DNA from: a virus
Taxonomy: Duplodnaviria > Caudoviricetes
DNA length: 24,136 nucleotides
Strand: one strand, 5' to 3'
Virus record (IMG/VR): IMGVR_UViG_3300032229_000782
Coordinates: 1 to 24,136 of that record
Positions 9,042-17,807 of this stretch are shown here, piece after piece (positions within the stretch are counted from its first letter, which is position 1; each line of letters begins with the position of its first letter). Both the position numbers and the translations under genes were made by a program. The notes beneath the pieces were generated by a model that was not told the DNA's origin, ran no database searches, and saw only the letters and a program-made list of their open reading frames with translations.

Positions 9042-9848
9042 ATGAACAACAAACTATCACTTTCGGTAATTTTACCAATCAAATCGGCATTAGCTAAAGA
9101 TTTTAACGAGTATTTTGAAAAAGCTATAAAATCACTTCAATCTCAACAGGTTGAATTTGAAGAACTTGTTATTGTTCATACACAAGAAGAAACCTTAGTC
9201 AATTTATTAAATGAATATGATTTTGGAAACCTAAACGTAACAAAGTTACTTTGGGATAAAGAACCTAACTATTGTTCTCAAATGAACTTTGGTGTAAAAA
9301 ATGCTAAGGGAAAATGGGTATCTTTATTTGAGTTTGACGATGAGTATTCTGCAATATGGTTCAAAAATTTCAAAACTTATTCTGAAGCATATCCTGAAGT
9401 TCAAATGTTCCTTCCAGTTGTTGTAGACACTGATGAAAAAGATGCATTTGCTGGATTCACTAACGAAGCAACATTCGCAGCTAACTTCTCACAAGAAATT
9501 GGATATCTAACAAACGATACATTACAAGAATATCAAAACTTCCAAACATCGGGTTCTATAGTTAAGAAAGAAGTCTTTGATGATTTTGGAGGATTTAAAC
9601 CATCAATTAAACTAACATTCGTTTATGAATTATTGTTAAGATTAACTTACAATTCAGTTTCAATTATGACTATCCCACGTCTTGGATACAGACACTCAAA
9701 TTTAAGAGAAGGTTCTATATTCTGGGGTTACAGATATGGTGATGAAAAGATTTTAGAAGACGAGGTTAAGTTTTGGATTGCATCTGCTAAAAAAGAATAT
9801 TTCTTTACTGACGACAGAGTCATAAAATATCAACCAGAAAATGAATAA
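9042..9848 (+). CDS. GT2-family (GT-A) glycosyltransferase
   Basis: LSVILPI, AIKSLQSQ, ELVIV, NFGVKNAKGKWVSLFEFDD, FGGFK, IPRLGYRH. Confidence 0.85.
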   Translation: MNNKLSLSVILPIKSALAKDFNEYFEKAIKSLQSQQVEFEELVIVHTQEETLVNLLNEYDFGNLNVTKLLWDKEPNYCSQMNFGVKNAKGKWVSLFEFDDEYSAIWFKNFKTYSEAYPEVQMFLPVVVDTDEKDAFAGFTNEATFAANFSQEIGYLTNDTLQEYQNFQTSGSIVKKEVFDDFGGFKPSIKLTFVYELLLRLTYNSVSIMTIPRLGYRHSNLREGSIFWGYRYGDEKILEDEVKFWIASAKKEYFFTDDRVIKYQPENE

Positions 9849-10597
9849 TGTCAGAAACTCTTACTGCAACAACAGAAGATGTTTCATCAAAAAAAAGGGG
9901 TAGAAAAGCGGTTAAAGAAAATTACTTTGATGTTAGAGAAGAAAACGCTGTTAGAAAATTTTTAATAACAGAAGATTATACAGAAAGGAATAAGATTTAC
10001 AACGAATTTCTAAGAGCACCTTTGGACAAGATGATTTCGTCAATCATAAGACGGTATAAATTATATCGTAAGGATATGGATTTTGAAGAAATTCATTGCG
10101 ACACTCATTCATTTTTAATGACTAAGGTTGACAAATTCAAACCTTCAAAAAATAAAAAGGCGTATTCGTATTTCGGCACGATTTGCAAAAATTACTTAAT
10201 GGGTCAAATCATTAAGGACCAAAAAGAAACAAACAGAAAAGTTTCCTATGAGGACATTTCTTCGCACATTGAAGAAAGACCTGATATGATTTACCGAATA
10301 GATGATGATGTAATTGATACCAATTTAATTTTGACACAGTATGTTACTGAATTGAAAGAATTTATTGATGGTGAAAATTTAAATGAAAACGAGAAAAAAT
10401 TAGGATATGCTTTAGTTGATTTATTCCATAACTATGAAACAATTTTTAGTGGTAATGAGAATAATAAATTCAACAAAAATATAATCCTTCTTTCTTTGAG
10501 AGAAATGACAAATTTGAGCACAAAAGAAATTCGAGGTTCAATTAAAAAATTCAAAAAACTTTACATCGTAATTCAGACTAGGATTAAAAATCAATAA
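9848..10597 (+). CDS. Phage late-transcription sigma factor, T4 gp55-like
   Basis: NYF at the N-terminus and a region-2-like KFKPSKNKKAYSYFGTICKNYL aligning with the gp55 'F..K...AY.T..C.N' pattern. C-terminal HTH-like LREMTNLSTKEIR. Confidence 0.75.
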   Translation: MSETLTATTEDVSSKKRGRKAVKENYFDVREENAVRKFLITEDYTERNKIYNEFLRAPLDKMISSIIRRYKLYRKDMDFEEIHCDTHSFLMTKVDKFKPSKNKKAYSYFGTICKNYLMGQIIKDQKETNRKVSYEDISSHIEERPDMIYRIDDDVIDTNLILTQYVTELKEFIDGENLNENEKKLGYALVDLFHNYETIFSGNENNKFNKNIILLSLREMTNLSTKEIRGSIKKFKKLYIVIQTRIKNQ

Positions 10598-10602
10598 AAA
10601 AC

Positions 10603-10610
10603 TATTTATA
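10603..10610 (+). promoter_or_regulatory. Putative late promoter TATTTATA
   Basis: Intergenic, 3 nt before ATG 10614; the same octamer recurs before five other late starts. Confidence 0.7.
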
Positions 10611-10613
10611 GAT

Positions 10614-10979
10614 ATGCCTAGACCACAAAGAAAAGAAATTAATTTTAGTAAAGAATCAATTCTTGGACTAATGCAAGAGATTTACAATGAATTAGTCGAG
10701 CAGAGAAACACTGCAATTAGAATACAAAATAAAATGTTGTCAATGCTCAAAGACGCTGAAGACATGACAACAATTGGACCTGTGATTGAAAAACAACAAA
10801 AAATCGTAAATGATTGTGTTGAAAAGAAAATCAGTCTGTCCAAATTACAATCAAGTATTTGGGAAAAATCTAATGCAAATACAGAATCTTTCACACTTTC
10901 CGATTTGGATGATGATATGATTCAAAACTTGATTGAAAAAGACGTTTCTTCAGATGAGGAGACATATAAATTGAGGTAA
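10614..10979 (+). CDS. Hypothetical coiled-coil late protein (possibly terminase small subunit-like)
   Basis: 121 aa with two long amphipathic helices and an acidic tail. The TerS guess rests only on size and architecture. Confidence 0.5.
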   Translation: MPRPQRKEINFSKESILGLMQEIYNELVEQRNTAIRIQNKMLSMLKDAEDMTTIGPVIEKQQKIVNDCVEKKISLSKLQSSIWEKSNANTESFTLSDLDDDMIQNLIEKDVSSDEETYKLR

Positions 10980-10980
10980 T

Positions 10981-13107
10981 ATGCAACAAACTCAATCTGT
11001 TGATGTATCAAGTGCTGCAAAACAAGCTAACTCTAATTTAGCTGCAATCAACACTTATGCACAAACCTCAAAGGACCAAAAAAAATTAAGAAGACAAGCC
11101 GGAAACTCGAAACAACCTTCATCTGAAAAAGTATCAAATCAACTTGATAAAATTTCAAAACAACAAAAAAGGTTCCAAAGAAACGTTCCAACTTCAATGG
11201 GTCAAATGTTAGATTTAATTGGTCTTACAAGTGGTAGTAGTGGAAATACAAACAATTATGTAAGAAGATTAATATTACAAACAGCGGTTAAATCTGAACC
11301 TGAAATAAAAAATATAATTAAGGAGGCAGCACTAAAAGGATTAGGTTGCACATCTGAACAAAAATATCAAGGTGTTCCAGCATCAACCTTCAGTTCAACA
11401 CCATTAGACTTACTACCTGCAGGTAGCACAATATCAATCCCTGTTCAAAATTTAGATTTAGTTAGTTTAGCAAGTGGAATGTTAAAACAAAATTTTGACC
11501 AACCAGTTGGTTCAATTTTCTACGAACAAGATACTCCGAATGTTGATGACGGTGTCTATAAGCCATATGCAGGAAAAGACCCCTTCCCAATGAACAAGGA
11601 ATTAAATATGTTGATTTCACAACCCAATCAGTCTTTCCAACAAACGTTCGGCAAATTTTATCAAGGAACCAGTGGTCAATATTTGATGGATATACAATAC
11701 CAAAGAACAAACGAGTTTGGTGTCTTTGGTGATTTTTTCAAAGTAGCACTAATTGATAGAAGTGGTGCACAAATACCAAATCAATTATCAACAACAGGAA
11801 ACACTGTTGGAGAATTTTTGAGTGATTATTTTGACACAATTAAACTTTTCGACACTCAAAATTTAGCTACTCAGATTATGCAATTTTTGTTTCAGTTCGT
11901 TAGTAAACAAGCTGGGTTAGGGTCAGGTGAAATAGCACAAGGGTCTAAATTTTATTTAATTGCTCAAAGAATTTTGGGACTATGTTTTGATTCAAGAAGA
12001 GAAATTGACGTTAGTGGTGTTTCGAAAGTTGCAGAACTTGACGGTATTGATGATAGTTTTTTTGAATTAACAGATGTTGATTTGAGAAATCTTGATTTAG
12101 AAATTTCAAATGTCCAAAATGGTGTGATTGAGTTAGTAGATTGTAATAATGTAAAACTACCAATCAATTCGGCAAACATTACAGCGCAACTTGTTGACTT
12201 GGGAGCAAAACTAAGTGGACTAACCACTGACCAACAAGTAACTGCAATCGAAAATATTCTTGACAGTGTAACTCAAAATCCAAACTGGAAATTATACACA
12301 AACAGTAATTTCAACGCTGCTGGTTCTATAGGTAGAAATTTAATTCAGAATATGGCACTGGCAGTTGCAAGTGCAGCTCTCAGTCCTAAGACTTTGTTAC
12401 CGATTATGGTCATGTCAAATGTTGTAGAAAAAACTGCTGTGAACAATTATAACACCGCGGTTGGAAGTGCAAATACTCAAATTCAATCAGCAACAACTAT
12501 CAATAGTCAGGTAAACAATATTGTTACAGATTCCACTGCTTTTTTGAAAAAATTCAAAAAGTTTAGTATTGAAGTCATTTCCAAAATTGGAGCTATTTTC
12601 TTACGAACATTATTCGAACTACTTAAGAAAGACATATTAGGTTTGTTAGGTGCAATTATTGAAGATATTTCCAACTCAGAACGAAAGAAAAGATATAAAA
12701 AGATATTGAGATTAGTTGGTATTGCAACGCAACTTGCCGGTGAAATTATTAGAGGTTTAGATGATTATAGAAAGTGTAAATCTCTTTTAGATGAGATTAA
12801 TAATATCATAAACATTATAAACGGATTACCTAGACCAAGGTCGAAAATACCTGTAGTTTTAGCAATTTTATCGGATTTCTTACCAGGTGAATCACCTGAA
12901 AGAGCAACCATAAATGGTATAAAATACATGCAGGAATTGGGTATACCAACAGGGCCTTTACCTGACGGTTCGCCGAATATATCTATTCAAGCTTTATTAG
13001 CCAGTCAAAAGGGTGATAAAGATGAACAAGCGGAAAATGGAGTTTCTGATAGTTTTATTGTGCCGAATAAACAAGGGACACCAAGAATTGTAACATTACC
13101 AAGATAA
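10981..13107 (+). CDS. Large putative virion structural (baseplate/tail-associated) protein
   Basis: 708 aa, rich in Q/S/N/T, largely helical, in a late operon upstream of the gp5-like gene. No catalytic motif recognised. Confidence 0.5.
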   Translation: MQQTQSVDVSSAAKQANSNLAAINTYAQTSKDQKKLRRQAGNSKQPSSEKVSNQLDKISKQQKRFQRNVPTSMGQMLDLIGLTSGSSGNTNNYVRRLILQTAVKSEPEIKNIIKEAALKGLGCTSEQKYQGVPASTFSSTPLDLLPAGSTISIPVQNLDLVSLASGMLKQNFDQPVGSIFYEQDTPNVDDGVYKPYAGKDPFPMNKELNMLISQPNQSFQQTFGKFYQGTSGQYLMDIQYQRTNEFGVFGDFFKVALIDRSGAQIPNQLSTTGNTVGEFLSDYFDTIKLFDTQNLATQIMQFLFQFVSKQAGLGSGEIAQGSKFYLIAQRILGLCFDSRREIDVSGVSKVAELDGIDDSFFELTDVDLRNLDLEISNVQNGVIELVDCNNVKLPINSANITAQLVDLGAKLSGLTTDQQVTAIENILDSVTQNPNWKLYTNSNFNAAGSIGRNLIQNMALAVASAALSPKTLLPIMVMSNVVEKTAVNNYNTAVGSANTQIQSATTINSQVNNIVTDSTAFLKKFKKFSIEVISKIGAIFLRTLFELLKKDILGLLGAIIEDISNSERKKRYKKILRLVGIATQLAGEIIRGLDDYRKCKSLLDEINNIINIINGLPRPRSKIPVVLAILSDFLPGESPERATINGIKYMQELGIPTGPLPDGSPNISIQALLASQKGDKDEQAENGVSDSFIVPNKQGTPRIVTLPR

Positions 13108-13110
13108 ATT

Positions 13111-13314
13111 ATGGAAAGAAAAGAATTTGAAAATATCATCCAAACTTTAGGTGAATTGAAAAATTTACCGAACGCCAAATTAATCGAAATGATGGATAAG
13201 TTGAGCATAGAATTTGAAGTAACTAAATCAAATATTATCAACACAACGTATCATTTAGATAAAGTGGAAGACACTTATAATAGAATTTTAAAAGAATTTG
13301 ATTCACGTAACTAA
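13111..13314 (+). CDS. Hypothetical small coiled-coil protein
   Basis: 67 aa, TAATG-coupled to the next gene. Confidence 0.65.
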   Translation: MERKEFENIIQTLGELKNLPNAKLIEMMDKLSIEFEVTKSNIINTTYHLDKVEDTYNRILKEFDSRN

Positions 13315-14861
13315 TGAATAGACCAATATTTTTTCAATGCGTAGTTATCGATAACCAAGACCCTTTGATGCTTGGAAGAGTTCGTGCTAGATTAAAAATT
13401 GATAATTACGAAGACATTATCAAATCGGTTGAAAATTGGGACCCTTTGAAAGACCCTTGGACTGCCCGAGACCCTTTCATATTTAATCCACTATTACCTT
13501 ATTTTATATATCAAGTTCCTGAACTTAATGAAATTATTCAGATAATTTATGTCAATCAAGAATTCAAATATCAGAACCAATATTATGTTCAAAATAATTT
13601 TTACTCTCCGAACGCTGTATTCGACCAATATAACGTAGGGGGTGATAAATTTACGGGAACGGGAATGCAACTCAAATCCCCACGTAATATTAAGAATTCA
13701 GATGGAACTTACCCTAACAATTCTGAAGTTGGGTTATATCCTGAGCCAGGAGATAACGCCATCTTAGGTAGAGGAAATGCCGATTTGATTATTAAGAAAA
13801 CTGATGTTTTACTACGTGCGGGAAAATATAAATCAATCCCACAATCAAACATCAATTTTACTGCAAATAATAAAAGAGCCTTTTTACAATTATCACAATT
13901 TGATAGAGTTAAAAAAAGTGCACCAAACAAGTCAGTAACAAAAACTTTTGAGGTTGTTGTTCAAGTCAAATACTTGGTTGAATGGGTTATCACAAATCCT
14001 GAAAACAATGCTGAGAAATTCTGTGGTGCGGTCTATCTTTATCAATTGAAACCTGACACACAAACAAATTCAAAACAACTCACTGTATCATCAGTGTTAC
14101 CTGAAAATTTGAAGAATTTGGTTGCGTCTGAATCATTTAACTCCAAATCAAAATTGGATACAATACAATTTATAAATGACTTTATAAGAGCTTGTAATGA
14201 TGGAACAACTACCAAAACAGGAACAAGACTCTTCAGTGAAAATAATAACAAATTTCCAATTTATTTCAGACCAAGTAACATAAGTTATGAGCAGTTAAAT
14301 CCAGCATTTGATTTATCGAATTTTCAATCTGTGTCATCTGCAGTATGTCCTCCAGGTCAAGTCGAATCCATACAAAAAAATCTTTCTGAGATTTATGCGG
14401 GAATCAGATTAAATCCAAACGACGAACCAGGTTTTGGTTTAATATGGAAAAAAAATACAGTAGGTGTTCCAACCAAAACTGAGATTGAAGAAATTGAACA
14501 ACAAACATACGAAGCTGGTCCAACAACGTTTGGAGCATTAGGTTCTGATAAGTTATTTTTACTTTCCCACTTATCCTCAATACCAGGAAAAAAAGTAATC
14601 AATTTTGATGGAACTCTTTATGGTATTTCAGGTGAAACTTTTTATAACGAAATTATCCCAAACACATCAAGTATGGTGAGAGGGGAAGAACTTTTAGAAC
14701 TAATAAACCTAATAGTTAGATTCCTTGTAACACATACACACGCCTATCCTGGATTACCTCCTGTTCCCGTAACACAGGATGGAACATCAGTTAGTGATAT
14801 CCTCACAGAACTACAATTATCACTTAAAAAAATTCTAAATCAAAATATTCGTTTGAATTGA
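13314..14861 (+). CDS. Baseplate central spike/hub protein, gp5/gpV-like
   Basis: N-terminal OB-fold motif VIDNQDPLMLGRVRAR and PLLP..VP...E; GD..ILGRGN; C-terminal VRGEEL...THTH.YPG (HxH apex motif). Confidence 0.75.
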   Translation: MNRPIFFQCVVIDNQDPLMLGRVRARLKIDNYEDIIKSVENWDPLKDPWTARDPFIFNPLLPYFIYQVPELNEIIQIIYVNQEFKYQNQYYVQNNFYSPNAVFDQYNVGGDKFTGTGMQLKSPRNIKNSDGTYPNNSEVGLYPEPGDNAILGRGNADLIIKKTDVLLRAGKYKSIPQSNINFTANNKRAFLQLSQFDRVKKSAPNKSVTKTFEVVVQVKYLVEWVITNPENNAEKFCGAVYLYQLKPDTQTNSKQLTVSSVLPENLKNLVASESFNSKSKLDTIQFINDFIRACNDGTTTKTGTRLFSENNNKFPIYFRPSNISYEQLNPAFDLSNFQSVSSAVCPPGQVESIQKNLSEIYAGIRLNPNDEPGFGLIWKKNTVGVPTKTEIEEIEQQTYEAGPTTFGALGSDKLFLLSHLSSIPGKKVINFDGTLYGISGETFYNEIIPNTSSMVRGEELLELINLIVRFLVTHTHAYPGLPPVPVTQDGTSVSDILTELQLSLKKILNQNIRLN

Positions 14862-14869
14862 TATTTATA
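14862..14869 (+). promoter_or_regulatory. Putative late promoter TATTTATA
   Basis: Immediately after the upstream stop and 10 nt before ATG 14880. Confidence 0.7.
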
Positions 14870-14879
14870 GATAAAATAG

Positions 14880-16382
14880 ATGTCAATTTTAAGGTCATAT
14901 ATCGACAAGAACAATACGATAACTTCAAATACGTATGTTAACACCGCCAGAAATCCTGTAATGCAATTAAATTTCGGTGCATCAGACTTTGTTGTTCCGA
15001 ACTTTGGTTATACAAGATATCTTTTTGATTTAGATTTAGCTCTTCTCAGAGATGATATTCAACAAGGAATTATCTCGACAGGTTGCACAAGTGCAATGAC
15101 CCACACACTCAAGATGACAAATACATCATCTTTTGATACTGAACTATTAAACACATTCATGTCTGATGAAAGAAGAAGAGCAACATCATTCGACTTAATT
15201 TTATTCAGAATCCCCAAAACTTCAGGAGATACCGGAAACCCACAATTTTGGGACGAAGGAGTTGGATATGATTATAATGACTTCAATGTAAACAAAACAT
15301 CTGCAACAGGAGGAATGACCCCTCTCACATACGTCGATAGTAGGGCATATTCAACACGTCCTTCGAATTGGTATCAAACTACCACAATAGATAATTGGTC
15401 TCAACCAGGGGTCTATAATAACCGAAATAACGGAGTGGTTAACTATTCAGGATTAACAATCATTACAAGACAACATTTTGACTTAGGTAATGAAGATATC
15501 AACATGGATATGACCGATGAAATTAACGGGGTATTAAGTGGAAGTATTACAGGTGTTACAGGTTGGGGAATCGCATATGTTCCTGCTGTTGAAAACATTA
15601 CAGGATTAACAGACAGTTATAGTGTTGCATTTTTCTCGAAATATACTCAAACATTCTATCAACCATATCTATTAACTACCTACGACGATTTAATTGAAGA
15701 TGATAGAAATCAATTCCTTAAAAGCCAAGTAAATAAATTATACTTGTATGTTTATCAAAACGGTGATTTGGTTAATTTAGATTCATTACCTTATGTTACA
15801 ATTGAAGATAGGGATGGTGTTGCAGTAAATGGATTAACAGGTTTAACAACATGTTTAAGAACCAAAGGTGTTTATGAAGTTGTAATACCTAATTCTTTTA
15901 CAAATTATCCAACACCTTGTCTTTTTTATGATATTTGGTATGGACTACAAATAAATGGACAACCATTACCGAATGTTCAAAATCAATTTGTTCTTCAACA
16001 ATATACCGCAGGTATTCAAATTGGTTCTACATCTAAAGAACCTCAGAAATACGGATTTGATTTTTATGGTATATTACAAAATGAAAACATTCTTTCTTCA
16101 GATATTAGAAAAGTCGGTGTAACAATTAAAAAAGCATATACCGCACAACAAGTTCTATTAGATGTTTCTGCTTTTTATAGGGTATATGTGAAAGAGGGAA
16201 CTACTGAAGTTCAGGTTCAAGATTGGACACCAATCAATAGAACACCTAATGAGTATTATTTTATGTTCGACATGAGAGACAAGATACCAAATCAATATTA
16301 TGTTGATATTCAAGTGAATACTAGTGGTGAGAAAGATACTTATAAAAAACAATTAACATTCCAAATCGTAAATAAAAAATGA
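14880..16382 (+). CDS. Putative virion structural protein with a DNRLRE/CBM96-like beta-sandwich and Ig-like C-terminal domains
   Basis: RYLFDL, WDEGVG, W..PG, DMTDEIN, GWGI, FFS...PYL motif order resembles DNRLRE-type domains; rich in T/G/Y beta strands; own late promoter. Confidence 0.55.
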   Translation: MSILRSYIDKNNTITSNTYVNTARNPVMQLNFGASDFVVPNFGYTRYLFDLDLALLRDDIQQGIISTGCTSAMTHTLKMTNTSSFDTELLNTFMSDERRRATSFDLILFRIPKTSGDTGNPQFWDEGVGYDYNDFNVNKTSATGGMTPLTYVDSRAYSTRPSNWYQTTTIDNWSQPGVYNNRNNGVVNYSGLTIITRQHFDLGNEDINMDMTDEINGVLSGSITGVTGWGIAYVPAVENITGLTDSYSVAFFSKYTQTFYQPYLLTTYDDLIEDDRNQFLKSQVNKLYLYVYQNGDLVNLDSLPYVTIEDRDGVAVNGLTGLTTCLRTKGVYEVVIPNSFTNYPTPCLFYDIWYGLQINGQPLPNVQNQFVLQQYTAGIQIGSTSKEPQKYGFDFYGILQNENILSSDIRKVGVTIKKAYTAQQVLLDVSAFYRVYVKEGTTEVQVQDWTPINRTPNEYYFMFDMRDKIPNQYYVDIQVNTSGEKDTYKKQLTFQIVNKK

Positions 16383-16843
16383 GTAAGGTAATTAGACTAA
16401 CTGAAAAAGACATTTCAAACTTAGTAAAAAAGGTATTGAGTGAGCAACAAACAACCAATTATATGTTCTTCAGTAATTTGGAACAGATAAAAAGACAATG
16501 TGAGTTATTGTTAGAATTGGACCCTAATGTGGTTGATGAAATACTTCAAGACGGTCATGATTGGGCTGACGACCATGTGAGCGAATCAAAAAACACCTTA
16601 GACCAAGTTTTTGATTTCATGATGAATGAAACAAAAAAACAGGATTCATACGTTGATTTCGAGGATATTCAAGAAGGTAGAAAAAAAACGGGAACAAAAT
16701 TATGTGCAAGAGGTAAAGCCGCAGCAAAATCTAAATTTAAAGTTTACCCCTCAGCATATTCGAACGGTTATGCCGTCCAAGTATGTCAAGGAAAAATCAA
16801 AGGTTTGGATGGTAAGAGACATTGTTCGGGTGCATATTGTTAA
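16379..16843 (+). CDS. Putative internal head protein (N-terminal IRLTE..LVKKVLSE helix; C-terminal YPSAY Cys/Lys-rich module)
   Basis: MSKVIRLTEKDISNLVKKVLSEQ leader with several I/L-x-E sites; HDWADDH core; basic Cys-rich tail KFKVYPSAYSNGYAVQVC. Confidence 0.55.
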   Translation: MSKVIRLTEKDISNLVKKVLSEQQTTNYMFFSNLEQIKRQCELLLELDPNVVDEILQDGHDWADDHVSESKNTLDQVFDFMMNETKKQDSYVDFEDIQEGRKKTGTKLCARGKAAAKSKFKVYPSAYSNGYAVQVCQGKIKGLDGKRHCSGAYC

Positions 16844-16850
16844 TATTTAG

Positions 16851-16877
16851 AAAGGTTAAATATTTTAACCTTTTTTT
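16851..16877 (+). terminator. Rho-independent terminator
   Basis: Stem AAAGGTTAAA-TAT-TTTAACCTTT running into T7, starting 8 nt after the stop at 16843. Confidence 0.65.
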
Positions 16878-16898
16878 ATATTTTGACGTTTATCCATA

Positions 16899-16906
16899 TA
16901 TTTATA
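16899..16906 (+). promoter_or_regulatory. Putative late promoter TATTTATA
   Basis: Just downstream of the terminator and 3 nt before the in-frame ATG at 16910. Confidence 0.65.
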
Positions 16907-16909
16907 GAA

Positions 16910-17395
16910 ATGGATACTAAAATATGCACTATTTGTAATCAAAGAAAAACAACAGATAAATTTTACAAATCTCAGAGAGGAAGAAAATGTATCGACTGTT
17001 TTTTGGAAAAGGGTAGAAAGTATAAGAAAGATAGACGCTCTAGTCCTGATGTGAGAGAACTCGAAGGTCAAAAACAAAAAGAAAGAAGAACAAGATTATG
17101 GCAAAATACATTAATTAATGATTCAAAAAAAAGAGGTAAAGAACATAATTTAACCGTTAAAGATATCGATGAAATATATAAAAGTCAAAATGGTTTATGT
17201 TATTGGTTCAATATACCTCTGATTCCATCAGATAAGAAAAAAAATCCACAACAACCTTCATTGGATAGATTGGACCAAAACAAAGGTTATATTAAGGGTA
17301 ACGTTGTATTGTCATGTTATTCAGCAAACATAGGTAGAAATGAAAATGATTTGGAAACTTGGAAAAATTTCTTAAATTTGTTACTCAAACAATAA
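16910..17395 (+). CDS. His-Me finger (HNH/EndoVII-like) endonuclease with an N-terminal zinc ribbon
   Basis: CTIC...CIDC; QNGLCYW, SLDRLDQNKGYIKGNVVLSCYSAN. Start moved from TTG 16883 to ATG 16910 because of the promoter position. Confidence 0.75.
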   Translation: MDTKICTICNQRKTTDKFYKSQRGRKCIDCFLEKGRKYKKDRRSSPDVRELEGQKQKERRTRLWQNTLINDSKKRGKEHNLTVKDIDEIYKSQNGLCYWFNIPLIPSDKKKNPQQPSLDRLDQNKGYIKGNVVLSCYSANIGRNENDLETWKNFLNLLLKQ

Positions 17396-17396
17396 T

Positions 17397-17807
17397 ATGG
17401 AAAATAAAGTTGTGGGATATATCCCTCGTCTATTGTTTAAAATATATCTGACTTTAAAAGAAAGATTCGACCCTTCATTCCCAATACCGGAAGAGGAAAA
17501 AATAACTATTGAAATTTGTAAGAAATTGATTTCAGACCCCAATTCCAAACTAACGTTTGCACCAATTTCCAACAAAAGGTTTATCAAAAATGAAAACAAA
17601 AATATGTTTATTGTTATCGAAAATCATACAATAAACCTGATAAACCATGTTTATAGTTACTCAGTTTATTTATCAGACAATAATGGTTTTAAACAAATTA
17701 TTGAAAGTTTTGATAAAGTTTTAGAAAGTGAGAGACAACTTTTAGAAGATGAAATTAGAAGTAATATTCAACATTCTTTACAAACTATTTTGAAGAAGTT
17801 GGATTAG
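17397..17807 (+). CDS. Hypothetical protein
   Basis: 136 aa ORF, 1 nt gap after the endonuclease; its 3' end overlaps the convergent gene by 23 nt. Confidence 0.7.
   Translation: MENKVVGYIPRLLFKIYLTLKERFDPSFPIPEEEKITIEICKKLISDPNSKLTFAPISNKRFIKNENKNMFIVIENHTINLINHVYSYSVYLSDNNGFKQIIESFDKVLESERQLLEDEIRSNIQHSLQTILKKLD

Noticed and set aside
2-9848. Bacterial O-antigen/capsule locus
   Set aside because: No Wzx/Wzy/Wzz/ABC exporter or priming transferase; it runs without a break into phage-type PhoH, a gp55-like sigma factor and structural genes.
464-14602. Short antisense or alternate-frame ORFs in the track (e.g. 464..727, 2498..2737, 5193..5414, 8596..8913, 11462..11710, 13005..13244)
   Set aside because: They lie within or across well-supported genes and have no motifs; they look like shadow ORFs.
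16626-16850. Overlapping 74 aa + strand ORF or possible frameshift product
   Set aside because: It overlaps the motif-bearing C-terminus of 16379..16843 in another frame and has no recognisable features.
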